Below, one piece after another: positions 24,915 through 38,356 of a stretch of 64,000 bases of DNA. The stretch comes from Octopus sinensis (taxonomy: Eukaryota). The notes beneath the pieces were generated by a model. The model was not told the DNA's origin, made no database searches, and saw nothing but the letters and a program-made list of their open reading frames with translations. Position 1 is the first letter of the stretch; every line of letters begins with the position of its first letter. The stretch is taken from NCBI RefSeq assembly GCF_006345805.1, contig NC_043004.1, positions 14,508,001-14,572,000 of the forward strand, in the 5' to 3' direction. A program made the translations under genes and the position numbers.

Positions 24915-25283
24915 TCGGTTCGTATTTGTGCTTGTACAGAAACTCGTACTCGCAATCACATGTATGAACCTAAGCGTATGCACTAATTTACGAATGAATT
25001 CATTGAGTTAATACATACATTCTCTCTCATTAAACTAAAATGCAACTATAGTCTGCTGTGCTTATTAATATCCAATTAAATATACAGACATGTCAGAATT
25101 AATGTTCATTTCTTAAAATTTAATAAGTTAATTAAGTGACTTGTCATAGAGCATTACACCAAAAATGTAATGAATTTCACAGAAGAAACATTTAAACAGA
25201 AACATGTCTATAAGCAGTGCCTCGTTACTATCTTACGTGGTCGTGAATGTATGTCTATGTATGTATATAATTTAAGATGACAG

Positions 25284-25364
<81 letters not shown>

Positions 25365-25426
25365 ATCTATCTTTCTATCTGTCTGAGTCTGCGTGAAACA
25401 TGTAAGCACATATACATATATATATA

Positions 25427-25470
<44 letters not shown>

Positions 25471-26039
25471 ATATATATATGATGCTTACATCTTCATGGA
25501 TCTTTGCATAAGCCAGTGTATATGCATCATACAACCTACGCGAGGACGTTCTACCAACCCATATCCGTTACAGATTATATTTAATTCTTTTCTCGCTGTA
25601 TTGCGCGTTTGTTTCATTTTTGCATCTGTTATTTTATTATTGATCTTCCTTATGAATGGCGCTGTATCCTTTAATTTGTTGCTTTTCTTTACACGAACTG
25701 AGAAAATTCATTGCGGAACTGTTATTTAACGAATTACATCAATTTACTACGCGAAGAAGAGACACATCTGCACATTCAGATGTTCCTGAACCAGTTGTTA
25801 AGTATCCTACACGCGAGAAATCGATGCTAGATGGGTCGAAAGAATTATAGTGGTAAATAAAAATTCTCGTATCATCCATCATCCTTCTCTCACTAACCAA
25901 ATACATAACGAACACTGTGAAAATGATCGGGCTATACATGTGAGCTACCAGGTATAAATCATTCATCTTATAATAATAGTAATAGCAATAATAATAATAA
26001 TAATGATAATAATAACAATAATAATGTATATATATATAT

Positions 26040-26200
26040 ATTGTTTCTCTTCGTGTTTCTTTTCTGTGTATCTTTCTGTTGAAGAGCGTAGGCTCGAACG
26101 TAAAGACTTGTTTTATTTCTATTCCTGAGCGCCATACTATAATTGTTTTTCTTTGTACTCCACCTGCTTCGTCTTTTGTTTATTTTCGTAATGCTTCCTA
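26040..26200 (+). mobile_element. PLE pseudo-LTR with damaged hammerhead motif (26071-26106)
   Basis: TCTTT-CTGTTGAAGAGCGTAGGCTC-GAACGTAAAGA, same family as 9563 but with one A lost from GAAA. Confidence 0.7.
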
Positions 26201-27110
26201 TTATATATATAACAATATATATATAACAATATTATATATATATATATATTATATAACACGACGGGTTTCTTTCAGTTTCCGCGTATTAAATTCACTCACG
26301 AGGCTTTGGTTGGCCCGAGGCAATAGTAGAAAACGTTTGCTCAATATACCACGCAGTGGGACTGATCTCGGAATCATATGGCTGTAAAGCAAACTTCTTT
26401 CCACACAACCACGACCGCACATATATGAATATACATATCTCAGTGTGTATAAGTGTGTATATGTGCGTGTGTCTGTGTCTGAGTGTGCGTGCGTATGTAT
26501 GCATGTATGTATGTATGTATATATATAGATATATATATACATATATATAATTTATGAGTGAAACAGAAGATAGATTTGGAACTAGTCTTTATTCATCACG
26601 ACGATCGTTTCGACTCGTGCTGAGGCTGTCTGTTATGGGTATGATTTGGGACATGTAAATCATCTGTGCAGTTTGTGGCACATCAGGTATATGCATAAAC
26701 AAGGGTATGCCTCGCTAGACATACTGAGATATCCTAGGCATGTTGTTCGTCCATGCTGTATCTTGTTTATGACCGGCTACAGTTGTCTGTGGGCTATATA
26801 GCGTAAAATTAAAATGATAAAATATAGAAAAATACTATCTATCAAAGAAAGATTACATTTTGGTTAACGGAGAGAGATGTGCACTGCCGGTCAAGGACAC
26901 ACAATCACAGAGGCGTTCGGACACACACACACACCTACACAACCACACACGCACACCATAAATTAAAGACTGTTTTACTGTTTTTCTTCTTTCATTCTGT
27001 CTCTTTTATATACGGTTTGCATGTGTGTGTGTGTGTGGCTGAACGTGCGTGTGAATATGTATCCATGACCGGCATATACATACACCCACGGCGAACTATA
27101 TACGTATACT

Positions 27111-27345
27111 AAGGCGGCGAGCTGGCAGAAATGTTAGCACGCGGGGCGAAATACTTAGCTGTATTTCGTCTGCCTATACGTTTTGAGTTCAGACTCCGCC
27201 GAGGTCGACTTTGCCTTTCATCCTTTCAGGGTCGAATAAATTAAGTACCAGTTACGCACTGGAGTTGATGTAATCGACTTAATCCCTTTGTCTGTCATTG
27301 TTTGTCCCCTCTATATTTAGCCCTCTGTGGGCAATAATGAAATAT
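27111..27345 (+). mobile_element. tRNA-derived SINE family B (GCCTTTCATCCTTTCGGGGTCGATAAA central motif, Meta-like by recall), full length
   Basis: Head GGCGGCGAGCTGGCAGAAATGTTAGCAC (A box), GAGTTCAGACTCC (B box), central motif, tail GTGGGCAATAATGAAA. Related copies at 29225-29415 (-), 33166-33555 (-), about 36250-36350 (-), about 42520-42655 (+). Confidence 0.8.
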
Positions 27346-27784
27346 AATATACATATACCCACGGACAACTGTAACCAATCACAACCAAGATACAGCAGAA
27401 CATCTCCCTATATCCAGTGGGACAGTCCCTTCTTTATGCGTTTACCTGATATGACACAAACTGTGCAGATTGATGCGGCACAATTAGAGGCTCAAAATCC
27501 TACCCATAAAGGACAGTTTATGATGAGCTAAAAAGATTATCGTACTTAATAAAGACTAGTGGCAAATCTATCCGTCAATTGTTATCTCAACTAACACTGC
27601 GGAATTTCTGAAGTAGATTCACCAGAAGCATACTCCAACCATGGATGACACTAGGTAGCCCAAACTGTAAATGTGCTTTACTCAACAAATTAAGTAACCT
27701 ATACCCATTAACGCAAGAGAAATTACACACACGCGTGCGTGCACACACATATGTATATATATATATGCACACATATACATGCAT

Positions 27785-27828
<44 letters not shown>

Positions 27829-27965
27829 TATAACTGACATGTATATATACATATTATGTAAATATATATGTATAATAATATATATATATATATATATCTA
27901 TATAATATATAATATATATATATATATATATACACATTTATATACATACACACATACACAATATG

Positions 27966-28016
<51 letters not shown>

Positions 28017-28058
28017 ATATATGTTACACACACATATATGTCTATGTGTGTGTGTGTG

Positions 28059-28224
28059 TAAATATGAACGAATATGAGTTTTCCCATCTTAGCTTTTCGG
28101 CAATACACAGGATAATGATATGTAGATTGAAGATGAAGAGAGAGAGTTGCTAAGCAGTCGAGTGGATGTATAGAAAATATCTTGAGAAGTAAACAAAGAA
28201 AACAAACAACTATGAGAATTAAAT
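28059..28224. repeat. About 166-bp direct repeat, second copy at 30065-30232
   Basis: TAAATATGAACGAAT...CAAACAACTATGA near-identical in both positions, each preceded by a TA/CA-TG microsatellite. Confidence 0.9.
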
Positions 28225-28566
28225 TTCCTTCCCAAAAATGCAATAACCCCGACATAGGTATAGGCAGTCAGAGGTCTAAGAACTCAAAAAGGAAATACCG
28301 ATTTGTTTTGAATGAGGGAAAGTATTAAAGTAATTGAATCAGCGTGTGTACTTTAAGGTCAATGACCGTTTTTGCCTGTGTGCCTGCATTAGTGTATAGT
28401 AAAAGGTTGTTCATAGGGGTTATATTTCAGGTTTGATTATAAAGCCTGCCGAGAGGTAAATTATGCAAAAGTTCATGGTTGATGAAGAGGAAATCTTAAT
28501 AGTGGTTTGAGGCTGAAAATGTCAGGAAGGATGTTCTGAATACTTAATTTTATAGGAGATATTTTA

Positions 28567-29021
28567 TTACATGGAAAAATGCGAGCAAGAGAAATAATAT
28601 TATTAAGATTATGAATCTGGAAAAGTACAGGACAAGTTATTACGCCTGGAACGGTTCAGGACAAGTTATTACATCTGGTAAAGTACAGAACAAGAAAATT
28701 TTCACGCAAAATATTGCAGCCGATAAAATTTCAAATAAAATATTTAGATTTAGAAAATACTATCTTTTATTAATACTAAAAAATTTATTGCAGGTTATTA
28801 CTTCTGTTTGTTATTACTTGTTCTATAAAAAAAATTAAAATTACTCAATCTAAATATTTTATACTTCGCTGCAATATCTTAAGTAAAAATTTTATTGTTC
28901 TGTACTTAAACAGTTGTTATGACTTGTCCTGAACGTTTCCAAGTCTAATAACTTGTCCTGTAATTTTCTAGATTTATTATCTTAAGAATATTATGACTCG
29001 TGCTCACATTTTTCCATGTAA
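28567..29021. mobile_element. Fold-back/MITE-like element (copy 2 of the 2837-3328 family)
   Basis: Perfect terminal 15-bp IR TTACATGGAAAAATG / CATTTTTCCATGTAA, continuing as imperfect arms of more than 150 bp homologous to copy 1. Confidence 0.75.
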
Positions 29022-29829
29022 CCATGTTTTGTTCTAGGCTGTGTTATTATGTTAATTAATATTGTGTCAAATGTGTCAATTAGCGGTGTTGTTGATAATT
29101 TTTTTCCTTACCTCAAATATGATGTGTCTGAACTGAAAGAATAAATACATCATATGAAATGAGAAATTTTCAAGGGATGACAGGGGTCAGCAAAATTCTA
29201 CGAAGTGGTGAGGATTTACATTAATATCGGTTTCAAAGTTTGCACTAAACCAGCAATTTTAGGGAGAGGCGAAGTCAATTATATCGATACCAGTGTGCAT
29301 ATGGTACTTCTTTTATCGAACCCGAAAGAATGAAAGACAGAGTCGACCTCGGTGGAATTTGAACTCAGAACATAGTGACGGGCGAAATGCCGCTAAGAAT
29401 TTTATCAGGCGTTCTAATTATTGAAGAAATAAAAGAGTAAGTAAAACGAAGAAGTGTCTTCTATGAGGAGGGTATCTGAGTGGACAGTAAAAATTAAACG
29501 TTCGGGTCTAAGAATACACGCATTCATGTTCGGAGCACAGTAAAGTAGTACGCTGGAATGGATTAGGCCATTAATGCTCGGAATCAGGGATTCCACAAGG
29601 CCAAATATATATATATACGTGTATGCAAATATAGATATATTCAAAAGAGTTTGATTCGAATTCTGTTCAACTTCAAGTTTCGAAGACCCTAACGGAACCT
29701 GCCTCTTCAGGCTGGTAAGAATCCGAAGTAGTGCGGGATGCGAATCAAACTGTTTTGAATAATACATGTAACTCTCAACAAATGAGTTGAGTGCCCCTTC
29801 TTTCGTTTGTCAACTCATTCATATGTATG

Positions 29830-29873
<44 letters not shown>

Positions 29874-29878
29874 CATAA

Positions 29879-29911
<33 letters not shown>

Positions 29912-30013
29912 GAAACACACACACACACATATATATACACAATATATATATATATATACATACACACACACACATATATATATATATATACATTTACACA
30001 CACACACATTTCT

Positions 30014-30069
<56 letters not shown>

Positions 30070-30317
30070 ATGAACGAATAGTAGTTTTCCCATCTTAGCT
30101 GTTTCGGCAATACACAGGATAATGATATGTAGATTGAAGATGAAGAGAGAGAGTTGCTAAGCTTTCGAGTGGATGTATAGAAAATATCCTTGAGAAGTAA
30201 ACAAAGAAAACAAACAACTATGAAATTTAAATATATGTGCGTGTGTTTGTGTTTGTATGTATGTAGATATATATATATATAAGCCTACACACACACATGT
30301 AAATGTGTGTGTGGTAC

Positions 30318-30354
<37 letters not shown>

Positions 30355-30439
30355 ATATAAATATATATAAAGGTTTATGTATATATATGTATATACGGAT
30401 TAAGGTTACCATTGACCCGGAGTACGCCACTGTAATCGT

Positions 30440-30725
30440 GATTGGAAATCATAAACAAATTTGTCCGTGAGTCTTCCACTTTTTCTCGTCCTCGTTTCTT
30501 CTTCCACTTTTCTCCTTTTGTTGCCACCCTTTACACCTACACCGATTTATTCTTCTTCCTTCTTCCCTTCCTGGGACCTTTCCTTTTTCTATGTTTCTGA
30601 CAAAGAGCTCCGCTCGAAACGTTATGTCCTCCTTCTTCCTTTCATTTCCTGAGCGTCCAATAACAATATACTAGTTCCACGTCCTCGCGTTGTTGTGTTT
30701 TCTCTTTGTGCTTTCATGTTTGGAT
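30440..30725 (+). mobile_element. PLE 3' end/pseudo-LTR with damaged hammerhead (30591-30626)
   Basis: CTGACAA-A-GAGC-TCC-GCTC-GAAACGTT (G8 changed to A). Related to the 49300-49560 copy. Confidence 0.65.
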
Positions 30726-30933
30726 GAACTATATGTATATATACATATATATACAAACATACTCGCACATGCATATGTATATGGGTGCCTGCGTGTCTGT
30801 CTGTGTGCTTGCAAGCATATATATGCGCGTACGTATATATATATATATCATATATTATATATTACACAAACATTCGCGTAAGCACACACATACATACATA
30901 TATACATATATATACACACACACACTCACATAC

Positions 30934-30969
<36 letters not shown>

Positions 30970-31309
30970 ATGTATCATCACACAGATCTAGACGCGTACA
31001 TAAAGTAACATGCAACAAATTTCAAACAATCTTTCATGGTTGAGATGAAAAAACAAGTGAATAACACCACAATTAGGATATGAGTCGTTAGAAACCATGC
31101 AAACATTATGTTATCTGTGATCGATGAAGTTGCTAACAAACACATTGTACAAACAGAAGCTCCCAACATTAGTTAATTGAATGATTTACTTAACTCTGTT
31201 GTAGATACCATTATCCAACACAAATGTGTAACAGCGAACGATCGAAACCAGCAACACGACCACAATGAATCCGTTGCAAAATACAAGATATCGATGATTT
31301 CATAAGTGT

Positions 31310-31692
31310 ACTGGACAATTCGACACTGATGTCAGAAAGAAGATGAATAATATTCCTAGCATTGTTCCAAAGATCCCAACCTTGCTTCAAGATACAGGAC
31401 TAGTTATTGAAACCGATTGGGTTTCAACGGGTCACAACTCTTCAATATCCTTCTACAAAACCTGAGAGACCTATAGGGAATGAATGTAGGTGTCTTCAAA
31501 AGAAAACTAAATCCCTTCCGTTCAAGAGTTTCGCATCAACTTCCCGCGCGGCGAGAAACATAGATGAGGGTAGTAACATCAAACTCCCTCATTCGCCAAA
31601 TGCTACCTATCAAAGGAGGTTTAGCGAAAGTGTAGTAAAGCTAACGTTGGTGCTGAAGCATGGCCGCTGCTCCCGAGCTGAAACTAGTAAAG
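31310..31692 (+). mobile_element. Second CR1-clade LINE 3' fragment with tail
   Basis: Aligns by eye with 20140-20480 (e.g. GGGTTTCAACGGGTCACAACTCTTCAATATCCT..AAAACCTGAGAGACCTA). Ends GGTGCTGAAGCATGGCCGCTGCTCCCGAGCTGAAACTAGTAAAG. Confidence 0.7.
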
Positions 31693-31719
31693 AAAAAATA
31701 GTAGTTATGTTGGACCGTT

Positions 31720-31905
31720 GAGCTCTGCACATTTTTTCTCTCCGTTGTTTTAAAATTCTCTCTCCATTTTTCCCTCTTAATCCTTTCTGTCGAAGAGCGT
31801 TGGCTCGAAACGGCAAAGCCTTTTCCATTTCTCCCGAGCGTAAATTGATACACCTGCTTTTTGTTCCTACACATGTCTTCGTCTTTTGTTTTCTGTAAAT
31901 TTGAA
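31720..31905 (+). mobile_element. PLE pseudo-LTR with damaged hammerhead motif (31782-31819)
   Basis: CCTTT-CTGTCGAAGAGCGTTGGCTCGAAACGGCAAAG, same family as 9563. U16.1 is changed to G. Confidence 0.65.
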
Positions 31906-31927
31906 CTAATACATACATACATGCATG

Positions 31928-31999
<72 letters not shown>

Positions 32000-32904
32000 G
32001 AATCGTTATATATATATATGGACATCCATATGTGTGTGCGTGTGTGTTTTGAAGCTACCCGAAGCAAAGTTATGATAGATTATCCAACTTGCAAGGGAGG
32101 TGAATCAGAAGACGCTCTGTGTAAGGCAACTGAACTTAAACACAGACTGCAGCTGTACGTAGAAAGCTCGTTGTCGTAAGAAATTGTGATGCATACAGAA
32201 CTCTACTACGGTTGAAGGCTCTCTCTCCAGGCTCTTATGAAGTTGTGATTTAGCACTTACACGATTTTCATTCTTATATTTGTTATACCATCTGATTTGT
32301 CATTTTGGTTGAAGCAAATTCAGCTTCTAGCGTCAGTCTTTTTTCCCTATCAACTCTTTACAAGTTTAGAGTAGTTCAATCCACAAAACAATATTTTCAC
32401 TCATGCTCAGCTCTGTGTTCGATGCTCTTGTCATGTGGTAAGCAAACATCTTTTCATTAAAGCACTCAAACTCAGAACAATCAATCACTCGTTCTTCAGT
32501 GTGTTTCATGAATGGAAGACATGTCTATTAAAATTGCTTCTGTTTTGTGCGCTGCGTATCAATTTAGTATTGCAAAAAAGGAAATGAGACTAAAAGAAAT
32601 ATAGTGTTTTGAGAAGCGACAACAATAAAACTATCACAAACACAACAGCAAAATAGTCAAACATCATAGAGACCAGAGAAAAAGAAAACTTTGGACATGT
32701 GTGAGCATTACAAAGAAAGCATTTGTGAATATTAGGTAGAAGGACGGTGAAAAGAAAAAGAAAAATGATTCATATAAGTTAAGTCACATAGTTCGACCGA
32801 ACAAATGTTTTTTTCCGTATATTCAGCGCCAGATTCCACCCGGTAGCCCCGTGTATATACATACATATATGCATACATACATACGTACATACATACATAT
32901 TCTT

Positions 32905-33650
32905 TTATTCTTTTACTTGTTTCAGTCATTTGACTGTGGCCATGCTGTAGCACCGCCTTTTAGTCGAAGAAATCGACCCCTGGACCTATTCGTTGTTAGC
33001 TTGGTGCTAATTCTATAGGTCACTTCTGCCAAACCACTGGGTGACGGGAACGTAAAAAGACCGGCATCGGTTGTCAAGGGATGGGGGAAGAGGACAAACT
33101 CACAAACACGCATACACATAAACATATACATATAAACATACACACCACGGGATTCTTTCAGTTTCTTATTTCTTTATTGCCCACAAGGGGCTACACATAG
33201 AGGGGACAAACAAGGACAGACAAAGGGATTAAGTCAAGTAGATCGACCCAAGTACGTAACTGCTACTTAATTTATCGACCCCGAAAGGATGAAAGGCAAA
33301 GTCAACCTCGGCGGAATTTGAACTCGGAACGTAACGGCAGACGAAATACCCATTTCGTTGCTGCCCACAAGGGGCTACACACAGAGGGGACAAACAAGGA
33401 CAAACAGTGCGTAACTGGTAATTATTTAATCGACCCCGAAAGGATGAAAGGCAAAGTTGCCCTCGGCGGAATTTGAAATCAGAACGTAGCGGCAGACGAA
33501 ATACCGCTGAGCATTTCGTCCGACGCGCTAACGCTTCTGCCAGATCGCCGCCTTATTTCAGTTTCTGCCTACCAAATACACTCACAAGACTTTGGTTAGC
33601 CCGAAGCTAAAATAGAAGACTTGCCCAAGGTGCCACGCAGTGGAACTGAA
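32905..33650 (-). mobile_element. SINE family A interrupted by a dimeric family-B SINE (33166-33555) with 10-bp TSD
   Basis: TTTCAGTTTC at 33156-33165 and 33556-33565. The family-A sequence resumes in register after the second copy. Confidence 0.8.
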
Positions 33651-34157
33651 TACATATATACTACACACACACACACACACAACACACACACACATATATA
33701 TATATATAATATATATATATATATACATACACATACACAGAAACACACATACACACACTCACACACACAGACGCGTCCATATTTCGATTCCTGGATTGGA
33801 TTATTTATTTACATTGCTCCAGTCCATTCAGCTAATAAAAGTGAGTATTGCTGTGACGGACAGCGCCTCGTCCAGGGTGGGGGAAGGAACTTATACGCTA
33901 CAAGATCCAGGAACCGGGCCTATGTGACTCTAAAGTAGCTTTATCCTATTTTTCTGATATATATATATATATGTTTTTCAACCTATTATATATGTTTTTA
34001 TTATTTTTTGCAATTTACTTAATCATTGACATTTTATTGTTATTTTAGTTGTAATATGTCTATTTTATGTAATTTTCTACATGGTGTAATTCAATTGTTC
34101 ATTTTGAATTGATAAAATGTTTTTATGTATATGCATATACATATAAATATATATATA

Positions 34158-34202
<45 letters not shown>

Positions 34203-34890
34203 CATACATAACTTCATAAACACACACACACACACACAAGAGAAACGCCACTTTTATACATGCTTCCATGTTTTATTAGTTTCACGAGTGAGTTCTAGCC
34301 TTATCATTTTTATTTCCGAATGAAATACACTCAAATTAATTTTCAACCTTTCCAGTTCTTCTCACTCTCATTTTTCTTATATACTAACTTAATTCATATG
34401 GATTTCCCGCGCAAGTTTTCTGAAATTTAATCTCCAGCTTCAGCAGTCACATGTTGATATAAACCATTAGGGTCTCATCCCTGTGGCCACAAGTTAATTT
34501 ATCCATATGCGTTTTGTTTGTATTTACATTTTGATTATTTTTGCAATATGATTGTAGCTTGCCTGATTAATTTTCTATCTTTGTGATGAATTTCATAGAG
34601 AATTAAAGTATTCTTCTGTAATATTTTCTGATTCATTTTTTCCTTTGTGGTATGTGATTTAATGCTTTACGATTGCTCTGAGTTGTAAATGCATGGTGAG
34701 TCAACGGAAGAGTGCAGCACTGTTATGTCTGAAGCAAGAACTGTTTTCCTCAGTTTTGCAATCTTTACTTAAATTTCCAATGAAATTTATAGAATACATT
34801 GGACATTACTAGGTTCTTCGCGGTTTAATATGTTTTTGATTTTAGTGATGTATAATCATTGTTTAGGACTGTGTGGTACATACATACATA

Positions 34891-35092
34891 CGAGGGGTTG
34901 CTAAGAAGTTCCTAGCTTTAAGAGTGTCGCGAAAGGCTCGGCTGGAGGCCCATCCTTGGGGTTTAGAAAATCTGAAGTACCACTGCAATAAGTGTGTGAA
35001 TCTGAGAGGGGAATATGCTGAATAATATTGCAATTAACTGATCCTCCTGTATTTTCTTTTACCAATGCCAAAAGCTTTTCGGTACCCCCTCG
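34891..35092 (+). mobile_element. Internally deleted mariner (202 bp) with TA TSD
   Basis: TA|CGAGGGG...CCCCTCG|TA. The interior encodes a mariner C-terminus, LKYHCNKCVNLRGEYAE*. A reverse-oriented partial copy lies at about 35720-35910. Confidence 0.8.
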
Positions 35093-37059
35093 TACAGAGT
35101 TACATACATACATATGTATGTATGCATGTATGCATGTATGTATGTATGTATGTATGTATGTATGTATGTATGTATGTCTCTTCTGTTTTTAATCAATTTA
35201 ATCTTTCCTTTCAAGAAGGGGCTAGTTTTTTAACGAAGATACAAAGCTCATTCTTTGTAATGTAGTTAGCGAAAACAGTATCACATTTTAAGCTTGACGA
35301 AAGTCTTGCATAGGTTTACTACTCCACTTACGGTTAATATTTGCAAAGGGTGATTTTGTTTTTCTGAAAACCCAAGCTTGACTGACATTTTGTCATTTAG
35401 GTATGTATGTACGTATGTATGTATGTATGTATGTATGTATGTATGTATGTATGTATGTATGTATGTATGTATGTATGTATGTATGTATGTATGCATGTTT
35501 GTATGTTTTAATTAATATTACTTGAAAATAAAATTGATTGAAATATATTATTCAAAGAAGCGCGTGGAATTTCAATGATACAATTTTTTCAAAAATAGCA
35601 AATGAAATAAAAATAAATATGAAGCAGTGTTTTATTGACATTTGTATCACTGTCACGATATTTTAAAGTGCAAACATTAAGAATTATTAATGGACTAATT
35701 GCATTTGATAGATTATATTCCAGGGGATATTCAAAAGCTCCTGGCTTTAGGTAAAAGAAAATGCGGAAGCGTCAGTTAATTATGATTTTATTTAACATAT
35801 TTCCCTCTCAGAGTCATAGACTTATTGCAACGGTCCTCCAGTTTTTCTAAGCCCCGTAAAAGAACTCGGAAGGATGAGTCTCCACCCAACCTTTCGCGAC
35901 ACCCTTAAAGACAATATTAAGGCGGTTTGAGGATTACTTTGCAATATGAACGTTTACGTTTCGCATGTTACTGCTTCATCAAAGATTTAGGATATCTGCC
36001 CAGTAATCGAAATCGAGAGTAACATTGAATACTAGCGACTATTGAATATATCTGTTGTGATCCTGTTTGATAAATTTACTAAATAGTAATGGGTATCCTG
36101 AAGGATAACTCCTAGATTGCATGACAACATGGTTTACTCTGGGCTTGTTATCCTGTCTTGGTTGGTTTAGATTGTCATATGCATTAGTAAATAAAATAAA
36201 TACCGATCAAATTATAAGGTTAATCCCATCGTATATATTCCTTTTCTACTCGAGGCACAAGGCCCGAAACTTTTGGGAGATTAGATCGACCCCCCAGTAC
36301 GCAACTGGTACTTAATTTGTCGACCCCCGAAAGGATGAAAGGCAAACCATCGGATATATCCCGCCCTAAACTGTCTGTAGTGTTTAACATAAGAAATTAT
36401 TATTATGGCTGCTTCGACTAAATGAATTAGAACACTCAGATAATTTTGATGTTGAACAATATACTCACTGACACATTGGTGAAAGAAAATGAAAATGCCC
36501 ACTTAACAAATACTCACTCACACATAGATAAAAGTAAGTGAAAATATAGTACATAAACATTAAACATCGTTTTGAAAGCAATTTGTTCTTATCTTTTAAA
36601 ATTAAAATCAGTCATAAAGAAAGTGATTAAGTTACAATGCACTTCTATCGAAATTAATTTTCTTGATTTATATCCCCAGATGATATGAAAATAAATTGAA
36701 AATATATTTCATTTAAGAAATAATTTGTTTGTATAATTAAAAATAATTAATCGGTATTAAATTTCGATATATTTTTGCTTTCTAGGAATACGTTTTACTG
36801 GGAATATCTTCCAATGGAACAGACTTTCGGCAAATTTCTCTTTCAGTCTGTTTGTTTTTCCACAAATGTATATTACACGAATGCCCTTTTGATGACAAAC
36901 CTTTATGTCAATGCATGTATGCATGTATGTATATATGTATATATGCATTTATTTATTTACTTATTTCAAGATTTCTTGCCAATCGATTTCTAACCTAAAT
37001 CCAAGGTTCATTCATTGGAATTTCAACATCAACAACGGGCTACTTTTGTATGTATGTAT

Positions 37060-37500
37060 GTATGCCACTTTCGAGTGCTACTAGTAACATGTAACCCAGT
37101 ACAACCTGTTGCATGGTCGGGCTGTCGGCGATAAAACCGGCAACCCCACCAAGCTTGCTTGGTGAGGAGGGTGATTATTGGACACACTGCGGGATGAAAA
37201 ACGAAACCCGTCAAAGGGCGGAGGAACTCTTGAGAGTCAACGGCTATCCGATAAATGTGTATTTTATTTTTCTCTTAAGGCCTAAGGCTGTATCATGCGC
37301 GGGGACATAGAAATAATCGGACTGAATACCCGATCGCGCGGTTAAACCATTGGGAGTGAAGGACTGCTAGCCTTTGTTAGGGCATCCTTCTAGGAGAAGG
37401 TAACTCGGGTAACTGGGATAACTCCGACATAAAACCTGCGGCTCAGTGGTTACCGATGATGTTGACTTGTTCTTCTTTTCGGATTATGGCTGCTGTTGCT
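37060..37500 (+). mobile_element. Probable 5' UTR fragment of an RTE-clade LINE
   Basis: GC-richer island with GGGCATCCTTCTAGGAGAAGGTAACTC...ATAAAACC, resembling RTE 5' leaders (recall only). No ORF follows. Confidence 0.35.
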
Positions 37501-38179
37501 TAGTGAGTGGGATTGAATCAGTGCACACCTTTCCTCACTTTCAAAACATCTTCTTGCACAGGCATTGCACGATAACAACATTGTTCATGATTGTTGATGG
37601 TGCTGTGAGTCTCAACTGAATGGCTGGCTGTAGCCTTAAAAAGCAAATAAAAGCCACATTCGATCACAGCACCAATAAGAGTTAAGCTTCGTGCAATGGC
37701 CATACTCGATAACGAGGGGGGCAGCCATCATATATGTATGCATGTATGCATGTATGCATGCCTGTATGTATGTATGTATGTATGTATGTATGTATGTATG
37801 TATGTATATATGTATGTATGTGCAGATTTGTATGTTTTATGCATGTATTCTAATGCATATAGTTGCATATCTAGACATGCTCATATATGTTTAAATGATA
37901 AACCTCTGGAAAGTTTTACAGATTTTTACAATTCCAGTGATGGATTTAATCTTTAGTCTTCGAATCAGCGTTCTCCTTTCTGGTTTTGAGAAGCCTAATT
38001 TATCAAGATTGGTATTTAGGCAGTGTGTTACATATCTCAGGGCTCCGATAATTACTGGTATAAACCTATGTATGTATCAATATATGTATGTATCCATGCA
38101 TACATACACACAAACACATATAAATGTATGTGTGTGTATATGTCATGATTGATCGCTAGCCAGTAAACCTTTTTTTTTA

Positions 38180-38330
38180 ATTTTCTCTCTCTGCTTATTT
38201 CTGTGTTCCTTTCCGTTGAAGAGCGTAGGCTCGGAACGTAAAAGTCTTACTTCCCGAGCGTTAAACTAATACATCTGTTTATTTACACACCCGTCTTCGT
38301 CTTTTGTTTTGTTTATTTGTAAATTCCAAC
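38180..38330 (+). mobile_element. PLE pseudo-LTR with damaged hammerhead motif (38208-38245)
   Basis: CCTTTCCGTTGAAGAGCGTAGGCTCGGAACGTAAAAG, same family as 9563. Confidence 0.6.
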
Positions 38331-38356
38331 TATATATATATATATAAATATATATA

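Noticed and set aside
25656-25850. 64-aa ORF as a stand-alone small gene
   Set aside because: No promoter or homology evidence. An overlapping frame is an equally good exon candidate, listed under findings.
26590-26695. Minus-strand GAAACGATCGTC (hammerhead 3' half with palindromic stem III)
   Set aside because: No intact CUGANGA with matching stems I and II could be placed upstream; at best a decayed remnant.
27111-27210. tRNA-like A and B boxes
   Set aside because: SINE heads continuing into SINE body and tail, with no complete cloverleaf. No real tRNA or rRNA gene was seen in the window.
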